Assembly (NCBI RefSeq): GCF_036321535.1
Contig: NC_087436.1
Location: 8,184,001 to 8,248,000, forward strand
DNA length: 64,000 nt
Direction: 5' to 3'
Source: Camelus dromedarius
Lineage: Eukaryota
Shown here piece after piece: positions 1-11,788 of this stretch. The notes under the pieces are model-generated. The model was given only the letters and a program-made list of their open reading frames with translations, ran no database searches and was not told the DNA's origin. Numbering within the stretch: the stretch's first letter is position 1; the number at the start of each line of letters is the position of its first letter. Made by a program: the position numbers and the translations under genes.

Positions 1-379
1 TTAAGATACATTTATGATAATTAAATTTTTAATACCTCTCAATAATATCAAAACAGACTTATTGAAAACAAAATTAAACTAAATGTCCTGTAAAGAGAGA
101 AACTTACCAATTATGTATGAAGCAATTCATGGATCTGTGAATGAGATGTACAATCCTAGAAATCAGATTAACATCTTTACAGTAAAAATAAGCAAATTCA
201 TAGTCAAAATGTATTCACTTTAATTCTTGACCAAAGGACTAATTAAAATAAACCAAAGCTAGAGAGAATATTTTATTTTTCCCCGTAAGCAAACCCTTTT
301 GACATTGTTTACAAAATCCAAGCTGGGATGTATTCCTTTATAACATGTTATTACAAATAGTTGTAAACCAATCAAATTT

Positions 380-601
380 TAGCTGACTCTTGAACAATAC
401 TGGGGTTAACAGCAACAACCCTCACGCTGTTGAAAATCTGCATACAGCTTTATCATTGGTCCTCCTTCATAGTCATAGTTCTGCATCCATGGATTCAGCC
501 AACCATAGATCATATACTACAGTTGTATTTATTTCGTGAAAAAAAGAAATCATATAAGTGGACCAGTGTGGTTCAATCCTGTGTTGTCCAAGGGTCAACT
601 G
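380..601. mobile_element. Tigger2-derived MITE (MER8/Tigger2a-like, TcMar-Tigger)
   Basis: Terminal inverted repeats agctgactcttgaacaa ... ttgtccaagggtcaactg match the Tigger2 TIR CAGTTGACCCTTGAACAA; TA follows at 602-603. Confidence 0.8.
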
Positions 602-717
602 TATTTCGAGATTTTTGGCATCAAGTATAAATTTAAGACTTATAGAAATCACTAAAATTAATATTAATAACAAAAATGTAAAAAGTTAAATTTTAGTATA
701 TATTTTGTCAGATGATA

Positions 718-1108
718 ATGAATTATCTATTGCCTCATAACAAATTACTCCAAAATTTTGTGGCTTCACATAGCATACATTTATTGTCTCACAGATTCTG
801 TGGTCAATAAACTGAGCACAATTTAGTTGGATGCCTCTAACTTGAAGTATCTCATAATCACTCAAAATAAGAATTGAGATTCAGAGAGAAAAAGTGAGAG
901 AAAGAAAGAGGGAGAGAGAACAAATATGATGAAAGTTACAGTCATTTTACAATCTAATTTCAAAGATGATAATCAATCACTTTTACCATAGTCTATTCCT
1001 TAGAAGAGACACAAGGTCCAGCTTATAGTCAAACGGAGGAGATTGCACAAAGATGTGAATACCAGGAGGCAGAAGCCATTAGGATCCATTTTAGAGGCTG
1101 TCAGCCAT
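718..1108 (-). mobile_element. MaLR solo LTR (MLT1F/G-like)
   Basis: ttatctattgcctcataacaaattactccaaaa...tggct...ctcacagattctgtgg at one end and gaataccaggaggc...ccattttagaggctg at the other resemble the reverse-complement MLT1 termini. Confidence 0.7.
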
Positions 1109-1144
1109 AATTTATTTGCATATTTATATATGTATAATTATCAA

Positions 1145-1216
1145 AATTATTAAATTAAATAATTACTAGCTTGATAATTATTAAATTAAATGATTATTAA
1201 ATTAAATTGAATTATT
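1145..1216. repeat. AT-rich short tandem repeat (attattaaattaaat, about 3 copies)
   Basis: The unit is directly visible three times. Confidence 0.7.
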
Positions 1217-2299
1217 CAAAAATTGAAAAATTATCTCCTTAAAGCTACCTGAATTTATCATTTTATGCATGAAGACATAGGCTTTTACTTCACAGGAAAA
1301 AGTAATGTGGACGAAACGATCACCTAATAAAAATTAGCTAAAGTGAAATCAACCCCATCTCAGCTCATATCTAACCTGAATCAGATCTATTTTAGAAACT
1401 GACTTAAGTGGCAGAATGGTGTTCTAGTGTTCTGTGTGGTATACCAGCTGACTTGATTTCATCGTCAGCTAGGGAAAAGCTGACACCACAGTCATCTCTG
1501 CATGTGATCTAGTTTCTAATGAAATGATCTCATGTACACACTAAAAACAATTTTTAAGTGTCTCATTATGCTATTTTGCCACTTTTGTTTCCACTTATGT
1601 TTTCTTATGAGCTATAAAAATGCCTCAGAGTGCCAACAGTGCATATATGAAGCTCCTGAAAACTCATTAAGACAAGGAACATCCTCACTGATGCACTGAA
1701 CATTGGAATTTTGATCTATGTTGCCTCCATCGTGTTGAAGAGTAACTTTTCTGGATATTCTACCTGGTTATCCTGAGTGCTGCCCACGTTAAAAAAAAAA
1801 ATTAAAAGAAGATATTAACTAAGCAGAATTAAATACAATCCAATGATCAATGCGTATCTTTTGAATAATACAAAACTTCACAGAAGTTAAAATGGAAAGA
1901 TAAAGAAATAATGAACACTGTCCCTTGAATTGGGGAACATGGAGGGCAGGCTGAGCACACATCCACAACTCTTCTCCTTCATAACTTCCTGTCTCGAATG
2001 GTGATTGCAAAAGTGCTGGCAGATCCCAGATAATGCATTTAACCTGGACCTTCCCATGTGAGGGCAGTTGACTAATCCGAGTCAAAAGCCACCCTCTGCT
2101 TGGTAGTGTCACATATTTTCACGCTTGTGAAGAGCATCCTTGGCAACAATCATTAAGCTTATTTAAGGAAATGCTTTGAGTCCATTTAACCGTGTGTCAA
2201 GTGAATTAGGAAAAGGGACCCATGATTAAGGTAAAAAAGGGCAACACAACGTAAGCCCTGAACCTTGAAATATAGACATGGGGTGATGATAATGTAACC

Positions 2300-4450
2300 G
2301 AAAAGTAATAATATATTTGTAAATCTATTGCAATAGAAAAAAAAACTATATAAGCTAAAAGGAAATATTTATCTGGATATAAAATTATTAAGAGATAAAA
2401 TAAAGCTAGAATCAGTTAGGGAGAGGAGAAAATAATTTTGAATAAAGCAAAGAGTAAACAAGAAAACAAACCTCCATTTTTAGAAGCAAAGGATGCCATA
2501 GATAAGAAGAAAATCAAAACTGGACGTAAAAATTATTATCTACAAAGAACTGCATTTTGCATTTAAACTAACATTTGAATTGTCATCAGCAAGGGTAGAA
2601 AATAGTATGGTAGAATAATGTCAACTAACTATTTAAGAGAAATTTCAACTAACATTAATGCATTTACTTTTTACCACTCAATGAGTAAGGGCCTTTTCCC
2701 CCCATTCAAACGATGTGAAAGAACACATACAAACAAACTCTTATTAAATAAATTACTGAAAGATGTATTTCTAGAAGAAGATCTGAAATCCAAGAGAAAT
2801 GACAATATAAAGATATGAGATGTAAAGAAAAAAGACCAAGGGAAGTGTGACACAGTGTAACTGATGTCTTAAAATAAAAATATATTTTTAAAAATCGGAA
2901 TGACTACTAATTAATAAAAATAACATTGACCCAAATAGCATCTGAATCAAAAAGATAATATCAGAAATAAAATTCTTTAAGATCTTTATTGTAAAGAAAG
3001 TGAGTAAAGATCTTTAAGTGTAGGCTTTGTTAATTTATGTGTTTTAAAATTTTCATAGTGGTCACCGAAAAGTGTTTCTCATCCTAAGTGGTAAATTAAA
3101 AAATTGAGAAAAGGAAAACTTTAATGTATATATGAACACAAGGAAAAAAGAAAAACAACAGAAAAAAAATTTTTTTAAATTAGGGCTGATAGCAGAAAAT
3201 ATGACAGTAGATTTAGTCTGAATAATGTCCATATCTCATATTCACTGTTGGTGTGATAAATATGCCAGCTAAAAGACAAAATAGGTTGAACTAGATTAAA
3301 ACCAAACTGTAAACTTTTGAAAAAGACATGATAAAAAAGACACACAAATAGACTGAAAGTCAAAGATGATACAACATTCTAGCCAATTAGAAACCAATGT
3401 AGTTAATATCAGCAAAAATGGACTAATACTGTTACAAAAACACCAGTATTCGTAAGAGTATCTGTATTAGTTTCCTGTGGTTTCTCTAAGAAATTGCCAT
3501 AAATGTAGTGGCTTAAAACAGAAATCTATTCTCTCACAGCCCTAGAAGCCAGACATCTGTATTCAGTTTGGGCAGAAATCCAGGTAACAGCATTGCCCTA
3601 CTCACTGTGGGGGCTTTAAAAGAGCATCAGTCCCCTCCTTTTCCAGCTTCTGGTGGCCGCCAGCATCCCTTGGCTTGTGGCTGCATCACTCCAGCCCTCA
3701 AGCCCAGCACCTTCGAATCTCTCCCTACTCCATCTTCAAGTTACAGTTTCCTTTCTCTAGTCAACTAAATCTCTGCCTCTCTCCTGTAAGGATGCAGATA
3801 ATTGCATTTGTGACACACACAGATAATCTAGGATAATCTCCCCATCTCGGTATCTGTAACATAATTGCATCTACAAAGATCTTCTTTTCTTATGTTTTAT
3901 TTTGTTTTCCATATAATGCAACATTCGTAATTTCCTGTGATTAGGACCTGGATTTTTTTTTAGGGGAGGTGGGGAGAATTCTTCAGATTAACACATATCA
4001 CTGCTTATGAAAAATTAATATACTTAAAATATAAATAGTCCAGACTTATTTACAAATGATTAGGTGGCTTCAAAATACACAAAAGTGCATTTGACAGAAT
4101 TAAAAATGACAGCTTAAAAACTCCACATTCTAGATCTTTGATACATTTTCCTCAGAAACAGATTGACATAGCATTCCAAACAAATAAGAAAATATATGCA
4201 AGTTTTAATTACATAATTAATGAGCTTGATTCTAAAGAGATAAGGTTTATGAAGATGAACAATATAAACAATATTATTAAAAAAAAGAATGGAACATTAA
4301 CACAGACTGACCATGAAGCTTGCATAGACCAAAGACCACATCCTCATTCATAATAACATTAAGATACAAATAACAAGAAACTTTAAAACATTTGCTGAGA
4401 TTAAAAAATATGATACTAATAAATAAAAAGTATTAAAGTATGTACAAATA
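2300..4450 (+). mobile_element. Ancient L1 (L1M-type) remnant around the ORF1/ORF2 endonuclease region, split by an MLT1 LTR
   Basis: A-rich L1-like composition; aaatatgccagctaaaagacaaa...actagattaaaa resembles the start of ORF2 EN, and ttaacacagactgaccat resembles the EN 'KIDH' region. Confidence 0.55.
3463..3995 (-). mobile_element. MaLR solo LTR (MLT1C/D-like)
   Basis: Starts tgtattagtttcct, contains gtggcttaaaacagaaatctattctctcacag and ttccagcttctggtggc...catcccttggcttgtggctgcatcactcca, ends aacaca; tatc lies on both flanks. Confidence 0.85.
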
Positions 4451-4534
4451 TTTAATTTGATAAATATAAATATCATGTTTCAATCCTTGTTGCAATTAGA
4501 GGGAACACAAGACATTTTTACTTCCTTATTAGTT

Positions 4535-4800
4535 TTATTTTTCCTAGTCAGGTTTCTTAAGATATTTACATACAGTAGAAGAGTGTACAGTTCCATGAGT
4601 CTTCACAAACCCAGGCAATCATACAGCCATCACCACGATCAAGATACAGAACATTCCAAGAACTCCAAAATGTCTACTTCTGCCTCTTTGTCATCGAGGA
4701 CACCCCCTAAGTCCAGCCACTGACGGATTTCGTGCCTATATAGTTCTGCTCCTCCATCTATTCTGTCTTCCCTGGGATTCTCAGCTCTGCACTGAATCAT
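4535..4800 (-). mobile_element. Old L1 3' end (L1MB/L1MC-like)
   Basis: atttacatacagta...gtgtacagtt...atgagt...caccacgatcaagatacagaacatt is a typical reverse-strand L1MB/MC 3' UTR. Confidence 0.7.
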
Positions 4801-5034
4801 CCAGGTTGCATGTTCCATTTATCAGATCCGCTTTGTTATTTACAGTTTAGTCTTATCACTGTACCAGTCGTAACACTTTGCATGCGTCCATTAAGGAATG
4901 ATTACTAAAATGGAAGCAATTTATAACTTACACCTGAGTCGGGAAATATTACTTTATGACTTAAGTTAAGCACTGTTCATTAACATTTTACTCACTGTGT
5001 TGTTTCTGGACCTTGTCGTGATCACAAATCAATA

Positions 5035-5195
5035 ATCATTCGCTCCACAAATCTATGTACGCGGAGCCCTTCGTAGACACCCATTATGTGAATGAACAAG
5101 CAAAATTGCCCTCTTGTAATCACAGGTCGGTGGGGGAGGCTGATGTAAAATTAAAGTTACAGTGGAAATGACTGCTCCAAGCGAGAGGTAGCGTG
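5035..5195 (-). mobile_element. L2 3' end remnant
   Basis: tcattcgctccacaaat...gaatgaacaag...tgccctc...gtgggggaggc resembles the L2 terminus (TCATTCATTCAACAAATATTTATTGAG...). Confidence 0.6.
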
Positions 5196-5450
5196 CTTTG
5201 AATGTGTACGTCATGGGAGCTGGATTAATATTGCTGACTATCGTGTGCCTACTCATCTTGCTTTTGGTTTTGATGAGTTGTTTTATGTAAGTTGGCGATT
5301 TTCGTTACACTTAGGAAATTTTTTATCTCTTGCTTTTCCTGAAAGGATTTTCTACGCATACTCTCTTTTCGCCTTCTGGCATTCAATCACATGTACATTA
5401 GGTTGTTTGATATCATCCTTCAGCTCAGGTTTTATCCCTCTGCTCTTGCA

Positions 5451-5527
5451 TTTTTTCTTTTTGATGACAGTACTGGTGCTTGCTAGGCAGGCAGTCCACC
5501 ACCGACCTATACCCTCCACCCTGTCCC
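5451..5527 (-). mobile_element. Vic-1-type SINE, internally deleted and diverged
   Basis: Reverse complement reads ggagggtataggtcggtggtggactgcctgcctagcaagcaccagtac plus an A-rich tail. It aligns to the intact copies at 11623 and 45880 but lacks the B-box segment. Confidence 0.7.
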
Positions 5528-5589
5528 TCTGCCCCTAAGCTTCCTTATGGTGCCATGAAGAAAACTCTTTCTTGCATCCGAGATATGAG

Positions 5590-5682
5590 ATGTGATTTGC
5601 AAATTCATGCCTGGAAATTTGCTTTCTTTAGCAAGTCCCCAATGATTTTGTAAAACATCTCAAACTCTGAAATGATTCTCCT
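5590..5682. mobile_element. MER5-like hAT-Charlie fragment
   Basis: tttgctttctttagcaagtccccaatgatt...caaactctgaaa resembles the MER5 end. Confidence 0.4.
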
Positions 5683-5774
5683 TAAATATACCACTTGTAG
5701 TAGATTCAGTTTTTCTGGTACTGAATATTGATCCATATGTAAAAGTGATTGCATTATAACATGTATATTTATGC

Positions 5775-5783
5775 GTGTGTGTG

Positions 5784-5817
<34 letters not shown>

Positions 5818-5832
5818 CGCACGCACGCACGT
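5775..5832. repeat. (TG)n microsatellite with a (CACG)n tail
   Basis: Directly visible. Confidence 0.95.
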
Positions 5833-7820
5833 GGGCCCGCATTGAATGCATGATTGTCCTGGTGGTGTAATCAACTCTTCACTAGATGTGAACGACAAAA
5901 TGCTTTAATAAGTTAGGAAAATAGTCTCTAAGTTGTATGTTCAAAATATTTTCCTCCTGAAAAGAACAGGTAATTTTCTCAGCGATGATCCTTAGGACCC
6001 AATCAAGCATCATAATATCCATTCTATGAATTAAAATTATTTCTATGTGCTTGCAAAAGGGGATCATAACAGCAGGAAAAAAGTCATGTGCCAAAATAAT
6101 TTATAAGACTCAATTCTTTAAAAAAATGTTGTGCCTCTAATAACAACTTATTATTTTAGAAGTTAAATACCAATTTTATCAGGTTGGGTTTTATTTTAAA
6201 CTATTCTTATTTAATAGGGTCTCAGTGATACTCAGTTCATTGAGAGTCAGACAAATGTATACTTTCAACTTTTAAAATTTAAATATGTGCACAAAATATG
6301 CCATTGCTGTTAATACAGTAGCATTATGTGTCCATAATCTTAAGAAGTAAAAAAAAAATGTATTTGTTAATTTTGTTAAGCAACCTTTGGTATAACAGAA
6401 ACATTTTATTTTCATAAATAATTTCAAGAAATTTGAGTGCCTTCATTTTGAAGTGTTTCTCTCCTCTCAGTAGATAGATCGATGATTGACAAATGATAGA
6501 GAGATAACAGAACACAGTAAAATATTAAAATTGGAGTTAATGCTGAATTTAGAATCATACACATTGTTGTAATGTTTAGTTTTGTTTATTTGTTTCTTCT
6601 CTGTATTGGTCATGGAGTTAGGGTCAAACAGAGAGAGAAAAATTAAATATTTTCTACAGTCTTCATCTCATTTCACAAAACAATGGAAACACTCCACTTG
6701 TGTAACTATAAAGTAAAGATTTTTAAAAATAACCATATCTACTTTGTACCTGTATCCTCTTGAACAGAACAATATTGAATATGTGGTTATTAAATATTTC
6801 TAAAGACTATTTCAGAAATAATGTAAACTTGGATCTATTTCTGTAGAACGTGTAGCCTCTGTGGCAATTTTGAAATGACTGACAGTGATCTATAAGTTAC
6901 CATGCTTTCCAGTTGCCAGATAATAAGACAACTAGATCAAAAAAACTTCCAGTACGCATAGAAACACAGTTCTTACAAAGAGACTCAGTGAAACCCCACG
7001 TTACTGACCTGCCACTGCCTTTATGAAAGCTTCAAGTGAGGCAAACAAGCGATGGTCTGGATGGGCTAATCAGTACCACGTCCTGCAGGGGGGCCTGAAC
7101 CACACTGCATCCTTCCCCAAAACAGGTCCTGGGAAGAAAGGACTAAGGCATATTTGCACAATGGATTCTTCTTTTTTTTTTCCCCCCCCACTAAATTCAA
7201 TAAATAGGCCTCTTTCCTCTACATCCACACCTTCAGCAAGAGATCTCCTGTCTTTATTTTGAAACTCTTGCGTTTTGGAACTTCCCTTCTTAATTCTGAC
7301 ATTTTAAACTTTAATATATAACCAACATACCTTAAAATCCCTAGTGGCCCTTGCTGAAATATGGGCCTAGGAGAAGACGGCTCCATTTTGGAGAATTTTG
7401 CCTTTTCAAATTGATTTATATTAAATTAACAATGAGAATGTGCTATTTCATTATTAAAATAAAACATAACTATTTAAAGTTCAACACTGACATAAGTTTT
7501 CATATGCATAACATGTTTATTTTTTCACATTAAACATGGATTGGCATCTCAGTTCATAATTGTTCACAGGAGGACTTTTGATTAAAGAAAACAATCAGAA
7601 TCAATTTCCCAATCTCCTGTAAGATTGTTTCCTTCGCTGTATCGGGGCTTGTCAAGCAAGTGTTTCCATCATGACTATGGGATGTGAATAAGTTACCAAT
7701 GAACGCAGTACAATCCCTGGCATAGCCCCTGGCCAAATGATCCAGGTTTTAGTTTTCTCAAACAATTAAGAAAAACAATCTCCTTTTACAGTCTTTGAGT
7801 CATATGATTGTATTCTATAT

Positions 7821-8450
7821 TGCATCAGCTAGGTAGGCAGCATCAATCAACAAGACAGAAATGGTTCTAGGTATTTCAAAAAGAGGGCATTTAGTACAAG
7901 GAACCCAGTTGAAAGTGTTAAGAAGACTGAACTGGAAAAAAAAAAAAAGGAAAATGAAATAACCCAGAGATGAGCAATAGCAAGAAATGTCTACTCCTGC
8001 TTTGTTCCGGGGTGGGCAGCTCGCTGCTGCCCTTCTAACACCATGGGGGATGCTGTGAATCCTAAGGTACGATCACTTGACCAAGGCTGTACCTCTTAAG
8101 AATGGACTTCCCAAGACTGCGTGGCAACCACACAAGAAACGTCCCATCCAAGGGGCTGGGGACCAGCAGGGGCCACACTAACACCGGGTGCTAGGGATGC
8201 CAGAACTGACCAGATCTCCTGGGCTCCACTGGGATCTGCTGCTGCTGGACAGATACTGCCCCAAAGCAACTGAAACAGAAAGAGTGCTGTTTCCCCCTCC
8301 TCCTAAGTTCCAGTGTTCCAAGATTACCTCCCTTTGGCAGAGCCAACCAGAGGCCAAATGGCAAGAATCTGTGAATAGAAGATTGTGAGGCTGTCATATG
8401 ATGTGTAGCGTTAAACAGAAGAGTGGGGAGGGGGCCTCTGAGTTCCCAAA
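7821..8450 (-). mobile_element. Old ERVL-class solo LTR (LTR33/LTR41-like)
   Basis: tgcatcag...caagacagaaatggttctaggtatttcaaaaagagggcatttagtacaagg...aacccagagatgagcaatagcaagaa resembles old ERVL LTRs in reverse orientation. Confidence 0.5.
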
Positions 8451-10084
8451 CATAAGAAATATCTGTTCAGATATTACACACAACTTTTGGAGAACATTAT
8501 GTTTTTATAACAGTTTCACTAAGGTAGAATTCTAACCATGTAGCTTTTCATTTGCCATGGTTATAGAAATTTAAGACACTTAATATCTTTACTTTTTAAA
8601 AAGGTATAATTCAATTTCCAGCTTGTGATTATATTATTTTTGAAACAGGATATAATTCTGAAAGCTATTACAATGTATTTTTTGGAAAATTATTTATCTA
8701 TTGATGAGAAATTAGTAAAATGCTTTTAAAAACATTCTATGAAATGATACTTCATAATCTACAAAACTCTGCTTTATATAATACTATGTGACAGGACAAG
8801 ACATGCTTTTAAGCCTATTCTAATGCTTCTGACTATTTCTACCCAAGAAAAATGTAGTAACATTTACAGTAAAACAAAGTTGATTCTTCTTTAGTTACTC
8901 ATGACAAATAAAAGTGTATCACTTTTAAAGTTATTGATAAAAATATCAGATATTGAATATTAATTCATTTATTTCTGCATTCTCAGAATGAAAGTACCAA
9001 AATATCAGTTGTAATCATTCAATATGAAGAAAAAAAAAACCTATAAATTCACTTTAATGTATATATTTCAGTAGAAGAAATATTCATGTAATATATCTTA
9101 CAGGAACATTATTTCCAAGAAATGCCGGTTACACATGGAACATGGATACTTGGAAAGCGATGCCTCAGGAGGGTGTTTGCTGGGAGGAAATTTAATGATA
9201 CTTCACAACAGGAGACCCTTTTCTCAAATAGGACTAAAAGCAGGAGGTGGCTTCCCACCTAGAGAGTCTTTAAATGTTTTTCTCATTGTTCAACATACGG
9301 AACATAGACTCAGCACAGTTTGGCTACGGAGAGCCAGGGGCTGGAACATCATGGGGCTGTGGTCATTAGCCAGTAACACGGGCAGCTGGAATTTCAGAGT
9401 GTGCTCTGGAGGGAAGAAAAACTTCCTCTGGAAGTCAATGTGTGAAAACTTTGAACATGAAGATTTCACTTGGGATCATAGGAAATATCATTGACTTCAA
9501 CTAATTAGTAAAATAAGCCACTCAAAGAGGTGCCAGATAACTATTACCCAGATAGAAGCCCGAAGCTTCACTATAAAAGGTATTACTCTCTTGGATCACA
9601 TTAAACACTATTTCATGTTCCTTACTGAGTAGGAAAAACAGACGTACTTCAGAGCCCTGTATTTTCCTTACACGTGATAAACGTGTTATTGTTCACAGTT
9701 CTCACAGACGCTATTATTAACTTTAAACCCAAATGAAATAATTGTTATTCATGCAGATCTGCATTGGCTCTGACATCTGCCTTAACCTGAGCTTATTTCT
9801 ATGTAGATGTGTCCAATATAGAAATAAAATGTTTAATTATTTTTACAGTCATCTCCATTTTATAGGGCTTCATGGCAAATTATGAAAACAAAAATCGTTT
9901 TACTTCTAAAAGCTTCATCAATGATGCTTAAATTATTCAAGTATTCAAGTACGGGTTTTGCATCAACACCGTATTCTTACTCTAAAGATTATACGGTAAA
10001 AATGGAGCATGTACTAACAAAAGAGAGAGATTACAGACATTTTAAATTAAAAACCCCGTGAAATACAGCTGTCCTAACCATCCT

Positions 10085-10232
10085 CAAGGCTTTGAGTGAA
10101 GTCAAGACAGTGTGTACCCAAGCCCAGACAGAACTAGGTATAAAATATGACTGAAAAATCTCACCTTTATTGTTCTAAGTTACTGAGAGTCCAGGGTTGT
10201 TTTTTATCTAAGCTTAACCTTACTTACCTATT
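10085..10232 (+). mobile_element. MLT1 (H-K-like) LTR 3' fragment
   Basis: ctttattgttctaagttactgagagtccagggttgttttt...cttaaccttacttaccta resembles the MLT1 3' terminus. Confidence 0.55.
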
Positions 10233-11622
10233 TGGAAGATTAAATTCAGTAATATATTATTTACCCAAAAATAGACCAAAGCCAATAATTTGCATTAATT
10301 TTATTGGGAAGGTGGGGCCAAAAAATTAAGAATGGAGATATTAACAATAATGTCAGGCAAATGGAAATTCAAACCAAAAGCAATAATACAAATATAATAC
10401 ATAATTATATTATATATAAAATAATGTCAAGATGTATAATGAAAATATAATGATAATAAACCTCAGTGCACGTAAGCTGGGAAACAAACATATAAATCAA
10501 AAATAATTAGAAATTTGAGGATATCTTGATAAAGTATATTTTCATGCAAAATAAGAGACCTCACTATAATCTCTCTCAAGACTGCCTTAAGAGCGAATAG
10601 TAATACCAATAAGAATAAATTAGAATGAGAAATAATTGTACAGAGTATTTAAGAAAGATCAAATAGACACAGAGAAAACTTAACAATATTTCAATCCAGT
10701 GTAAATTTAATATCAAAATGAGGCAAAATTCTCACATGAAAAGGAAGTTTTCTGGTTTTGGTATTAAATTTATACTGGATTCAGATATCTCTATTGGGTT
10801 CTGCTGGCTAAAATTTTATTTGCATTTTTATTTGTGGATGCAATTTACTTTTATGTACTATTTTATTTTTATGTGAAAATTATGTACTAAATGTATACTG
10901 GATATGGTTTCAAATATTGTAAGCTTCTCTGCACATGTACATTTGATCTCTCTCTTGAGTGCTTTGTCCTTGGTTGGAAAGACAATATTATAAAAATATA
11001 AGTTCTCAGAAAACTTCTATCCATTCAATTCAACTACAGTGAGAATTCTCTAGGAGTTATTACTGTTATTTTTCTGAATTCTGTTAGCTAATCCTAAATT
11101 TCATCTGAAAGAATAAATTTCTTAGAGTAGTTAAGAAAAGGATACAAAAGTACAGCACTGATGGTGGAACACAGTACAGACTCACTGTATTTAAATCAAC
11201 ATATACTAGAATAGGAATACACAAGAAATGAAAAAGCCACCAGATGTCATTATAAGAAGAATAATTAAAATGTGACAAATTGATCTGAAATATATTACTT
11301 AATTAATGGTTCAGGCATATCTTAGTATTCATCTAAGTTTTTTTTAAAAGATAGATTAAAACAAAAGAAATAACTAAAGAAATTTTCCAGAGCTAAAGAG
11401 AAAAGTGAATTTCAAATTGAAATGGAGTATTAAACACAAAACGGAATGAATGAGAAAAAACTCACACCTAACAAAAAAATTGTCATCTCACAGCATTTTA
11501 AAAATAAAATTCAGATGAAAATAGTGTTAAAAGCATCAGTATGGATACCTTAAAAGATAAATAAAAATGCATATACATTCCAGAATTAGAAGATATATAA
11601 CTAATCAAGATGTTAAAATCAT

Positions 11623-11788
11623 GGGGGAGGGTACAGCTCAGTGGTAGAGCGCATGCTTAGCATACATGAGGTCCTGGGTTCAATCCCCAGGACCTCCTCT
11701 AAAAATAAATAAACCTAATTACCTCCTCCCACCCCAAAATAAAGTAATTAAATAATATAATAATAAATAAATACAAATATTAAAAAAA
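11623..11788 (+). mobile_element. Vic-1-type tRNA-Ala-derived SINE, full length
   Basis: A box (agctcagtgg), B box (ggttcaatccc), body aaacctaattacctcc, A-rich tail; 15-bp TSD aagatgttaaa(a/g)tca at 11607-11621 and 11789-11803. Confidence 0.95.

Noticed and set aside
9135..9494. 119-aa ATG ORF
   Set aside because: No recognisable domain or exon context; the length is compatible with chance.
11623..11697. tRNA-Ala(AGC)-like gene (also at 45880, 50820, 53364)
   Set aside because: These are SINE heads: they have stem mismatches, continue into a shared SINE body and A-rich tail, and most are flanked by TSDs.
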